The notes under the pieces were generated by a model that saw only the letters and a program-made list of their open reading frames with translations, had not been told where the DNA came from and did no database searches. 64,000 nucleotides of DNA. It comes from an uncultured Planctomycetota bacterium. GTDB taxonomy: Bacteria > Planctomycetota > Planctomycetia > Isosphaerales > Isosphaeraceae. How positions within the stretch are numbered: the stretch's first letter is position 1; every line of letters starts with the position of its first letter. The DNA lies in NCBI GenBank assembly GCA_963737655.1, contig CAVTTN010000002.1:1152001-1216000 (forward strand), in the 5' to 3' direction. The position numbers and the translations under genes are program-made. Below, one piece after another: positions 52,654 through 61,732 of the stretch.

Positions 52654-53525
52654 ATGGCGAACGCTCCGGACGGCCTGGAGGCGATCTTCGAGCGGGGTCA
52701 GACCGAGGCGTCCGGCCAGGTCCGCGATCCGGGGCCGGCGCGACGGGCGTTCCTCTCCGCCTCGACGAACATCGACACGGCCCCCTTGAAGGACACGCTC
52801 CGGAGCCGCGGCTTCGCTCCGTTCGAGCTCGACGAGGTCGCCGCCGAGGGCCGGACGATCCCCGAGCTGCTCGAAGATTGCGTGAAGGGCGCCGACCTCA
52901 TGGTCGCCGTGGTCGGCGGCGGTTCGCGAGAGAACGTCCTGTTCGAGCTGGGCTACGCCTCGGCCCTGAAGACGCCGATCCTCGCCCTGGTCCCGCCCGG
53001 CGAGGCGATGCCGATCTCGCTGGCCTCCATCCCGTATCTCCGAACGGGCCCGAACAACCGAGAAGCGATCGAGTTCGGGCTGGATACCCTCCTGGCCGTC
53101 CCGCCGTCGTCCCGGCCATCGCGGGAGAGTCTCCCGAGACGACCCGCCCCATCGGTCCTCTGGCCGATGAACTGCTCGGGAGGCTTCGCACCTCCGGCGA
53201 TTCGGATCAGAATGACCTGACCGAGATCGTTCGTCGGGCCTTGAATGCGAGCGGCGTCGCATCCCTGAACCTCGCTCCCCGCCTGTTCGAAGACGGCTCG
53301 ACCGACTTCGCCGTCTGGTCGGACGATTTCGAGGGTTTTGCAGGGATTGGGGAGTCGGACTCCGAAACTCGGGGAGCTCGCTCTCCCAACTCCCCCGGAT
53401 CGCTCAGCCGCCCGTGCTCCCGGTGGCGATTTTGGTCTCGAAGAGGCTGGATGAACGTGCGTCCCGATGCCGATACCACGGACCTGGCATCGTCTGTTCG
53501 CAGACTGGAAATGCCTGTATACTAG
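52654..53525 (+). CDS. TIR/nucleoside-deoxyribosyltransferase-like domain protein, frameshifted at ~53125, with possibly truncated nuclease-like C-terminus
   Basis: AFLSAS..ADLMVAVV..ENVLFELGYASALKTPIL; second frame ..EIVRRALNASGV..TDFAVWSDDFE, after which the sequence looks non-coding. Confidence 0.55.
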
Positions 53526-53556
53526 GTATTCCGGCGGTCAGTCCAGGCGGGCGAAT

Positions 53557-54677
53557 CTGGAATCCGAAGAGTTCCTGAGCCCCCGGCTGGTCGGGGGTCG
53601 GTTCGAAGGGAATGCCATCCCCCTCGACTTCTTGCGCGACTTATCGGCGCTCAACGACATCCTCCGGGAGGAGGCAAGGGCGGCCTGGTTCAAGGCGAAC
53701 CGCGACCGCAAACGCCTCCCGAACGGCTTCTCCGAAGACTTCACCCTGTCGCTCTCCGGCGTCGAACCAGGGAGTGCCGTCCCGAAGATCACCTTGTTCT
53801 TCGCGATGTTGGGGGCGGCGGCCGCCCCGGCGGTCGAGTACCTCCGCCAATCGCGAGAGAACCTGATCGGCGGCGTCCGCGCCGCTGCGGAGGATCGGCA
53901 ACCGACCGATTATCTCTCGCCGGGAACGTTGGCGAAATTCCAAGGCTTCGGCGAACGGCTCCGCGACGGCGAAGCCATCGAGTTCAGCGACCACGGCACG
54001 ACGGTCCGGTACACGAAGGAAGTCCGTCGCAAGCTGCTGCTGGCGGCACCGGGGGTCGAGGAAGTTTCGGAGGAGGTCGAGCTTCGCGGGCTGGTGTGGC
54101 GAACGGATCAGAGGGACAAGGTCTTTCTCATCAAATTGGCCGATGGGACGGAAGCCCCTGGCCCTATGGCCGGAGATCATTACGATAACATCCTCGAAGC
54201 GACGAAGGATTATCGACGCGGTGCGAAGATCTTCTTGCAGGGCATCGGGACGCGGAACCGGCAAGGAAAACTCGTAAGGATCGACTCCATCGAAAGTTCC
54301 AGCGTGCTAGACCCTCTCGACATCCATGCGAGGCTTGAGGAACTGCGTGTCCTCAAGCAAGGATGGTTTGACGGCGAAGGCGAGTCCTTCGATCCGGCGG
54401 GGATGGACTGGCTCGAATCCTCCGTGCACGATCACTACGCGCCGGATCGCCACTCCCGTACATCTTCCCGTCGCCGGACGGCCAGGTCATCTTCCAGTGG
54501 AAGATTGCCAATACGTCCGCGACGCTGGAGATCGACCTTCGAGACAGGACAGGCTACTGGCATGCCCTCGATCTGGCGAGCAAGAGCGATTCGGATGCGG
54601 ACATCAATCTCGATGAGGCCACCGGCTGGAACAGCCTGACGGAGCGGTTGGCAATGATTCGTGGGGGCAAGGCGTGA
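53557..54677 (+). CDS. Multidomain hypothetical protein (apparent frameshift at ~54449; start uncertain)
   Basis: EFLSPRLVGGRFEGNAIPLDFL..; beta-rich VELRGLV..FLI..IFLQGIG..VRIDSIE; RLEELRVLKQGWFDGEG..PLPYIFPSPDGQVIFQW. The corrected frame ends at a TGA overlapping the next GTG. Confidence 0.7.
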
Positions 54678-55051
54678 TCGATAAAACTCTGCTTTTGCGG
54701 CAGGTGCATCCGACCTTCATCCAAAACGGCGAGATTGGCGTCGTGGCCTTCCGCCCAAACGACAGCGATCACGGGCGCCTGTCGGTTTACGATGGCGATC
54801 AGATCACGCCCGAAAACTCGTTCAAACACTGGACGGACGAACTAAAAAAGAAGTCTGTTGGCGTCCTGGGCGTGACCGTCGGAGAATGCGCCTCGGTGGA
54901 ATTGCAGGCCGTCTCGAGCCCTTTGGAGAACTTCGCTTCCCACGCCCATATCGACTTATCCCCCTATGAAAAGAAGGATCAGCGGACGAAGACAAAGGCG
55001 ATCCTGGCCTTCGCCCTCGCCCGCGATTGGCTTTTCCCGTCGGAAACTTGA
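54674..55051 (+). CDS. Small hypothetical protein, possible ADP-ribosyltransferase/RES-like fold
   Basis: LLLRQVHP..AFRP..D.GRLSVYD..GVLGVTV..HAHID; GTGA coupling; low GC. Confidence 0.7.
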   Translation: MIDKTLLLRQVHPTFIQNGEIGVVAFRPNDSDHGRLSVYDGDQITPENSFKHWTDELKKKSVGVLGVTVGECASVELQAVSSPLENFASHAHIDLSPYEKKDQRTKTKAILAFALARDWLFPSET

Positions 55052-55314
55052 CGAGATGGAATCCCCGCCGCGGATTCAGCCGCCACTGCGCCCGCTCTGC
55101 TTCCCGAGTCGCAGCAGCATTTCCTCGGGGACATGCCGAGCCCGGGTGATTCAGGCGCCGCGGTCTCTCGAATCGACTTCGCCCCCGTGGTAAACTTGAG
55201 GACGACCGGCAGGAGCGGAAAAGCCGGGACCATGCGAATGTTCCGCGCCAGGAACGTGACGAAAACAGGCCAGGGCGTTGGCGCAAACATTTGAAATTGA
55301 TGGAATTGACACAT

Positions 55315-56136
55315 ATGGCCACTTACATCGACCCGCACATCCACATGGTCAGCAGGACCACCGATGATTACAAGCGGATGGCCCTGGCCGGGTGCGTGAT
55401 GGTCAGCGAGCCGGCCTTCTGGGCCGGGTTCGATCGGTCGGGCGTGGAGGGGTTCCGCGACTACTTCCGCCAGCTCACCGAGTTCGAGGGGAAGCGGGCC
55501 GAGGCCTACGGGATCGCCCATCATTGCTGGCTTTGCATCAACGCCAAGGAGGCCGAGAACGTCTCCCTGTCGCGCGAGGTCATCGCCATGATCCCCGAGT
55601 TCCTCGACCGCCCCGGCGTCCTGGGGATCGGCGAGATCGGCCTGAACAAGAACACGAAGAATGAGGCCACGGTGTTCCAGGAACACCTGGACCTGGCCGC
55701 CCGGACCGAGGAGATGGTCCTGGTCCACACCCCCCACCTCGCCGACAAGTACCCCGGGACGCGGATGATCCTGGACATGGTCCGCGACCACCCCAAGATC
55801 CGGCCCGAGCGGGTCTGCATCGACCACGTCGAGGAGCACACGATCCGCCCGGCGCTGGACGCCGGGCACTGGGTCGGGATGACGCTCTATCCGATCACCA
55901 AATGCAGCCCCCAACGCGCGGCCGACATGATCGAGATGTTCGGCACCGGGCGCATCCTGGTGAACTCGGCCGGCGACTGGGGCCACAGCGACCCCCTGGC
56001 CGTCCCGGAGTTCATCTTCGAGATGAGGTCGCGAGGCCACTCCGAGAGCACGATCCGCAAGGTCGTCTACGAGAACCCCCTGGCGTTCTTCTCCGGCTCG
56101 AAACGGTTCCGATTCGAGGAGAGGCCGCAGGGGTAG
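55315..56136 (+). CDS. TatD-family hydrolase (EboB-like)
   Basis: YIDPHIHMVSRTTDDY, EPAFW, GIGEIG, VHTPH, IDH.EE, NSAGDWG.SDPLAVP. Confidence 0.92.
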   Translation: MATYIDPHIHMVSRTTDDYKRMALAGCVMVSEPAFWAGFDRSGVEGFRDYFRQLTEFEGKRAEAYGIAHHCWLCINAKEAENVSLSREVIAMIPEFLDRPGVLGIGEIGLNKNTKNEATVFQEHLDLAARTEEMVLVHTPHLADKYPGTRMILDMVRDHPKIRPERVCIDHVEEHTIRPALDAGHWVGMTLYPITKCSPQRAADMIEMFGTGRILVNSAGDWGHSDPLAVPEFIFEMRSRGHSESTIRKVVYENPLAFFSGSKRFRFEERPQG

Positions 56137-56291
56137 CGGTTGCCCGGCGGGACGGGGCGGGGCAGGGCGGGGGCGAGGCACCCCGCCGAGAGGAGACGCG
56201 AGACGCCACGAGCAAAGGCCCGGGGCGCATCGTCGCGCCCCGGGCCCCGGGGGAAGTCTCGGAGGCCGATTGGTCGGCCCTCTGGACTCGC

Positions 56292-57404
56292 TCAGTACGT
56301 GGCCGGGACGATCTCGCCGCCGTTGCGGCTGGAGAGGGCCTGGTAGAGGCCGACCTTGGTGTTGGTGGCGCTGATGTAATACGGGGTGCCGGCGCCGCTG
56401 CCGCCGGTCACGCCCACGGGCAAGCCGGTCGTGCCGACGATCTGCCAGGAGTCGATCGACTCCTTGATGAACCGGACCGAGCCATCGCAGAAGGCGAAGT
56501 TGGCGCCTCCGGGGTGGAAGCTCGAGGCGGAGAGGACGAAGTCGTCACCCTGCTGGCCGTAGTCCCCGGTCTTGAGCCGCTTCTGGGGGTTGATCCCGTA
56601 GAGGCTGGTGAAGGTGGTGTCGCCGTAGTTGCCCGAGGTCCACCAGTTCCAGTCGTAGATGTCGGTGTTGCCGTTGGCGTCGGGCGTGGTGGAGAACAGG
56701 CCGTGGGCCCTCTCGGTGAAGGCGAAGGTGTTGCTGGTGCCGTCGATGATGTCGGAGATCTTCGTCGGGGAGACGCTGCCGGGGTTGGTGGCCAGGCCGT
56801 TGGGCTGGGAGACGTAGGGCGGGTAGCCGATGTACTGGCAGATGCCGTTCATCTGGCTGAGCATGGCCATGTAGTAGGAGCTGGAGCCGCTGGGGAAGTT
56901 CGGCCACATGCCGAGGTTCATGGCGTAGCTGCTGTAGTACATCGGCAGGTTCGAGCCGTCGTAGTTGCCCCCCTGGTAGAGGTGGTACAGGTTGATGATC
57001 TTGCCGTCGCTGGGGCACCAGAGGCTGCTGATGGCGGAGCCGTTGACCGTCATGTTCTGGGCGATGAACATGCCGACCTGGCTGTTGTACGAGTTGAACA
57101 GCGGCTGCTGCTCCATGAACTGCAGGAGCGGGACGAGCGGCCCGGAGGCGTCGTAGTAGCCGATGCCCGGGTAGTACTGGCGATGGAAGCCCATCGGGAA
57201 CGACCCGTAGGCGCTCTCATAATTCATCATCGCCAGGGCGATCTGCTTCAGGTTGTTGGTGCACTGGGCACGTCGGGCGGCCTCTCGGGCGGCCTGGACG
57301 GCCGGCAGGAGCAGGCCGATCAGCACGCCGATGATGGCGATCACCACCAGCAATTCGATCAGGGTGAAGCCGCGGCGCACGGCTCGGGCGGGGGCGTGGG
57401 TCAT
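56292..57404 (-). CDS. DUF1559 prepilin-type N-terminal cleavage/methylation protein
   Basis: [65 protein letters not shown] (H-X9-DG). Confidence 0.97.
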   Translation of the reverse strand: MTHAPARAVRRGFTLIELLVVIAIIGVLIGLLLPAVQAAREAARRAQCTNNLKQIALAMMNYESAYGSFPMGFHRQYYPGIGYYDASGPLVPLLQFMEQQPLFNSYNSQVGMFIAQNMTVNGSAISSLWCPSDGKIINLYHLYQGGNYDGSNLPMYYSSYAMNLGMWPNFPSGSSSYYMAMLSQMNGICQYIGYPPYVSQPNGLATNPGSVSPTKISDIIDGTSNTFAFTERAHGLFSTTPDANGNTDIYDWNWWTSGNYGDTTFTSLYGINPQKRLKTGDYGQQGDDFVLSASSFHPGGANFAFCDGSVRFIKESIDSWQIVGTTGLPVGVTGGSGAGTPYYISATNTKVGLYQALSSRNGGEIVPATY

Positions 57405-57501
57405 GAGATGGCGACTCCCGGGGGCAAGGACGAAGAGAAGGAATTGATCGAGGACGTCAAGGCGAGGCGAGGCGAGGAACGCGGCTCACGACGGCCGGGG
57501 G

Positions 57502-57738
57502 TCACTCCGACCCCTTGCGACGGGACTTGATCGTGCCGTCCTTGGCGACCTTGTCGGTCTTGGTCTTCGTCGAGGCCGGCACGGTATCCTTGGGACGGAC
57601 CCCGGCGCCGGCCCCTGGGGCGACGGTCGGGCCCACGTCCGGCCCGCATCCGGGCAGGGAACTCACGCCAGCCATCACGGCCGAGGCCAGCCCGAGGCGG
57701 AGGCCCCGGCGGAAGAGAGCGGATCGCGCTTCGATCAT
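57502..57738 (-). CDS. Small putative lipoprotein (DUF1559 partner)
   Basis: Hydrophobic leader with lipobox LPGC and Lys-rich tail. Confidence 0.65.
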   Translation of the reverse strand: MIEARSALFRRGLRLGLASAVMAGVSSLPGCGPDVGPTVAPGAGAGVRPKDTVPASTKTKTDKVAKDGTIKSRRKGSE

Positions 57739-58084
57739 GGGGACGATCCTCGGTGGACGGACGGGATGGCACCAGTCTCTCGGGACGGACCCCAGGCGCG
57801 GACGGCCCCCTCGGGACCCCGGTGCGCAGCGCGGACCGGGCGAGGTGACATCGCTTCAAGAAAAACGGATTAGGAAGAATTCACGCTCGCGAGACCCGGA
57901 GAGGAGAAAGGGCCTCACGTCTGGAAGATTCCGAGGAGAGACGGGTTCACGGTAAGTTCACGGACATCGTCGGTCAAGCGGTCAAGCAAAAATTCCTGAG
58001 GAATTCCGCGGCACCGCGGCGCGATGGGACGCTCGATCGTGACCCTTCCGGAAGGCGGTGCGCTTGACCGGTTTCACGGTCCAG

Positions 58085-58100
58085 GCAAGCCGCGTGCCAA
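58085..58100 (-). promoter_or_regulatory. Putative sigma54 promoter
   Basis: Reverse complement TTGGCACGCGGCTTGC matches TGGCACG-N4-TTGC exactly; points toward the lipoprotein/DUF1559 genes. Confidence 0.7.
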
Positions 58101-58283
58101 GGCCCGGGAACCGCCCGTCCGGGGCCGTCGAAGCGGCGATTTCCGCCCCATTTCGAACCGACCCGGAACGGTGGAGCGCGCGCCGCCCGGTCGGTTTCGC
58201 AGCCCCTGCACGAAACGTTGGCAACGCTGCCAGGCTTCTAATTCCTTCGTCCTATCCATCCATTTCTGCATCAAGGGATGTGA

Positions 58284-59600
58284 TTAGCGCCCCGAGGTCA
58301 AGTCATCCCGGCCGTCGATGTTGTTTTTTCGCAACGTAACGCGATCCGGGAGCAGGGCGTCGAGGACCAGGCCGGCGAGGTCCCGGGCGGCCAGCTGCGG
58401 GGCGTCGCCGAGGACGCCGCGACGCGAGGCGACGGCCACCCCGAGATACGACTCGCCGGCCGGCGTGGCGCCGAGCGACCCCTTGACGTGCCGGGGGTCG
58501 ATCGGCCCGCCGATCCGGAGGCCGGAGGGGGCGGGGCCGGCGGGCCGTTCCTCGTCCGAGCTCCACCAGTCGGGGGCGAACCAGCGGTCGGGCGTGCTGA
58601 CCAGGACGACGTCTCCGGCCCGGGGATGGTCCAGGCCCAGCTCGGCCCTCCGGGCCCCGGGCGCCACCAGGGCGACCCCCTCGTCGTGCAGGCCGGCGAA
58701 CGCCGAGGCCACGTTGGCCGCCTGGCTCGGGTCATTCAAGTAGATGTGGGCGAGCTGATGATCCACCAGGGCGAAGGCGGCCGAGCGCTCCAGGTCCACG
58801 TCCACGCCCCCGCCGGGCGAGGAATCCAGGGCGAGCAGGCCGAGGCCGCGGAGCACGAGGTTCGGGAACGCCGGGCCGGAGACCGGCGCCGTGACCGTCT
58901 CGGTCGCCGCGATCACCAGCGAATCGGGGGCCTCGGCCTTGAGGAACGGGCCGAGGACCGTCTCCAGCTCCCTCAGGGCCCGGCCCGCCTCCCGGCCGTC
59001 GGGGCCGAACCGGCGGGCGACCTGGCCGAGGTACGGGATCCGGACGATGGCCAGGTCGGGCCTCTCGGCCTGGATCGTCGCGGCGGCCGTCTTCAGGATC
59101 CAGGTCGTGGCCTCCAGCCTCGGCGGCTCCCCCTTGGCCTCGACCTCGGGCCGGGGGAACGGCCCGAAGGCCGAGACCAGCGACTCGCCCAGGCCCGGAG
59201 GGTTCGTCACCACGTCCCAATCGGCGTCCACCCCGGCGGAGAACTCCACGTCCGCCCCCCTCGTGTTGGGGCCGAACCACAGGAGCGTCTTCGCCCCGGG
59301 GCGAGCCTGGCGGAGCCGGTCCCAGATCCGGGGCGCCCGGATGGCCGAGTCGGGCAGGGGGCCCGAGACGACCTTCCGCGCCTCCCGGTCGAAATAGGCG
59401 TTTCCGATCAGGCCATGCTCATACGGGCCCGTCCCGGTGATCGCCGAGGCGAACGACGACGCCGCCAGCCCCGGGAACGACGGCACCAGCTCCGTCTCCG
59501 CCCCCCTCGCCGCCAGCGAATCCAGGGACGCCAGGCAGCCCGGAGACACGTCCTTCCGGCGGAGCTGCGGGATCATCAGGAGGACGACCCGATCGGACAT
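58284..59600 (-). CDS. Alkaline-phosphatase/nucleotide-pyrophosphatase superfamily protein (EboF-like), catalytic residues degenerate
   Basis: ITG..P.EHGLIGN, PRIWD, SAAFALVDHQLAHIYLND, GLDHPRAGD, VKGSLG. Confidence 0.82.
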   Translation of the reverse strand: MSDRVVLLMIPQLRRKDVSPGCLASLDSLAARGAETELVPSFPGLAASSFASAITGTGPYEHGLIGNAYFDREARKVVSGPLPDSAIRAPRIWDRLRQARPGAKTLLWFGPNTRGADVEFSAGVDADWDVVTNPPGLGESLVSAFGPFPRPEVEAKGEPPRLEATTWILKTAAATIQAERPDLAIVRIPYLGQVARRFGPDGREAGRALRELETVLGPFLKAEAPDSLVIAATETVTAPVSGPAFPNLVLRGLGLLALDSSPGGGVDVDLERSAAFALVDHQLAHIYLNDPSQAANVASAFAGLHDEGVALVAPGARRAELGLDHPRAGDVVLVSTPDRWFAPDWWSSDEERPAGPAPSGLRIGGPIDPRHVKGSLGATPAGESYLGVAVASRRGVLGDAPQLAARDLAGLVLDALLPDRVTLRKNNIDGRDDLTSGR

Positions 59601-59851
59601 CGGCGGACCCCTTAACCTGATCGTGGACCGAAACTTCCGTCGAAGGGCCTCGCCTCGACCCGACCGGGGCCCGGCCCCGGGGCGCCGAACCTCGCCCGCA
59701 AAGGATAGGCCATCGCCGCGCCGTCGGCAATCCTCCGGGCCTCGGGGCCGGAGACCCCGGCCATCCCGCCGGGTCTTGACGCCTCCTCCCCGGGAGGACA
59801 CCATGAATCGGTCCCGCCCGCCGTCGCCCCGCCCAGGAGCCTCGCCCCGCC

Positions 59852-61732
59852 ATGAGGACGCCGACCCCGACGCCCCTGCCGACGCCTCGCCTGGCCGGCG
59901 GCCTGGCCCTCGTCGCGACTCTCGCCGTCCTGCTCCCGGTCGGGGCCGACCGCCCCGGCTCGGCCGTCGCGAAGGACGAGCCGGCGGCGGCCTCGCCCGC
60001 CTACCCCTCGCCCATCGCCCTGGCGCTGTCGGCCGACGGCTCCCGCCTGATCGTCGCCGAGCAGGGCACCGGCTCCGTCGCCCTGGTCGATCCCCGCGCC
60101 GGGAAGGTCCTCGCCCGCGCGGCCACCGGCGAGAAGCCCTCGGGCGTGGCCATCGGCCGGGACGGCCTCCTCGGCGTCGTCTCCCACTGGTACGGTTCGG
60201 ATGTGGCGATCCTCAAGATCGGCCCCGAATCGATCCATGTGGATGGACGGATCGAGGTCGGGCCCGAACCCCGAGGCGTCGTCCTCTCGCCCGACGCCTC
60301 GACCGCCTACGTCGCCGTGGGCGCCTCCAACGAGGTCGTCCGCGTGGACCTCGCCTCGAAGAAGGTCACCGGCCGATTGGCCGTCGGCCGGGAGCCTCGC
60401 GGGATCGCCCTCACCCCCGACGGCGCCCGCCTCCTCGTCGGCAACGCGCGGTCGAGGTCGCTCTCCGCGATCTCGACGAAGGATTGGGCCGTCGAGCGCA
60501 CCCTGCCGATCGACGGCGACAACCTCCGCCAGGTCGCGCTGTCGCCCGACGGCTCGCTCGGCTATGTGGCCAACATGAAAAACCGTGGATTCCCCACGAC
60601 CAAGAATAACATCGACATTGGATGGGTCCTGGGCCAGAGGCTCACGCGGGTCCCCCTCGACGGCTCCGAGCCGTTCGCCACCCAGACGCTCGACCCCGAG
60701 GGCAAGGCCGTCGGCGACGCCCACGGCGTGGCCGTCTCCGGCGACGGCCGTTTCCTCGCCGTCTCGGCCGGGGGCACCCACGAGGTCCTCGCCTTCCGCA
60801 CCGACTCCAGCCCCCTGCCGTGGCGGGTCGGCGCCTCCCGCGACCTGATCGCCCCCGAGCTCCTCAAGGACGACGGCCGGTATCGCCGCGTCGATCTGGG
60901 CGGCCGGCCCACCGAGATCGCGTTCGATCCCGACGCGAAAACGCTTTACGTCGCCAACTATCTGGATGATTCGATCCAGGTCGTGGACGTCGAGTCGATG
61001 ACGCTCGCCAGGTCGATCCCCCTGGGAGCGCCGTCGGAGGCGAGCCTGGTCCGCCGAGGGGAGGCGCTGTTCCACGACGCCTCGCGGTCGTTCAACCAGT
61101 GGTATAGCTGCAACACCTGCCACAGCGACGGCCACACCAACGGCCTCGACTTCGACACCCTGAACGACGGCTGGCACGACAACAGCACGGCCCACACCCG
61201 GAGCCGCAAGAAGGTGCCGACGCTCCGACGTGTCGATCGCACCGGCCCGTGGACCTGGCACGGCTGGCAGACCAGCCTGGAAGACGCCGTGGTCGAGTCG
61301 TTCACCAAGAGCATGCAGGGCAAGAGGCCGACCGATGATGAGGTCAGGGCCCTGGCCGCCTTCCTCGGCACGCTCGACTTCCCCAGGAACCCCCATCGCG
61401 GCCCCGACGGCGCGATCTCCGAGGCCGCCCGCCGCGGGGAGGCCGTCTACCGCTCCGAGAAGGCCGCGTGCCTCTCCTGCCACGGAGGCCCCGAGCTCAC
61501 CGACGGCAAGATCCACAAGGTCGGCCTCGAAGAGCCCAGGGACGTCTACAAGGGATACAACCCGCCCTCCCTGCGAGGCGTGTACGACAAGGATCCCTAC
61601 CTCCACGACGGCCGGGCCAGGACGCTCAAAGAGGCCCTCACCCGCTGGCACAGCCCCGAGGAAGTCACCGGCCTCGGCGCCCTGACCGAACCCGAGACCG
61701 ACGACCTCATCGAGTACCTGAAGACCCTGTAG
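59852..61732 (+). CDS. YVTN-type beta-propeller plus two-heme cytochrome c (peroxidase-like) protein
   Basis: Signal peptide; VG.EPRG..L.PDG repeats; SCNTCH and ACLSCH; PTLR, PWTWHG, PSLRGV..PYLHDGRA. Confidence 0.88.
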   Translation: MRTPTPTPLPTPRLAGGLALVATLAVLLPVGADRPGSAVAKDEPAAASPAYPSPIALALSADGSRLIVAEQGTGSVALVDPRAGKVLARAATGEKPSGVAIGRDGLLGVVSHWYGSDVAILKIGPESIHVDGRIEVGPEPRGVVLSPDASTAYVAVGASNEVVRVDLASKKVTGRLAVGREPRGIALTPDGARLLVGNARSRSLSAISTKDWAVERTLPIDGDNLRQVALSPDGSLGYVANMKNRGFPTTKNNIDIGWVLGQRLTRVPLDGSEPFATQTLDPEGKAVGDAHGVAVSGDGRFLAVSAGGTHEVLAFRTDSSPLPWRVGASRDLIAPELLKDDGRYRRVDLGGRPTEIAFDPDAKTLYVANYLDDSIQVVDVESMTLARSIPLGAPSEASLVRRGEALFHDASRSFNQWYSCNTCHSDGHTNGLDFDTLNDGWHDNSTAHTRSRKKVPTLRRVDRTGPWTWHGWQTSLEDAVVESFTKSMQGKRPTDDEVRALAAFLGTLDFPRNPHRGPDGAISEAARRGEAVYRSEKAACLSCHGGPELTDGKIHKVGLEEPRDVYKGYNPPSLRGVYDKDPYLHDGRARTLKEALTRWHSPEEVTGLGALTEPETDDLIEYLKTL

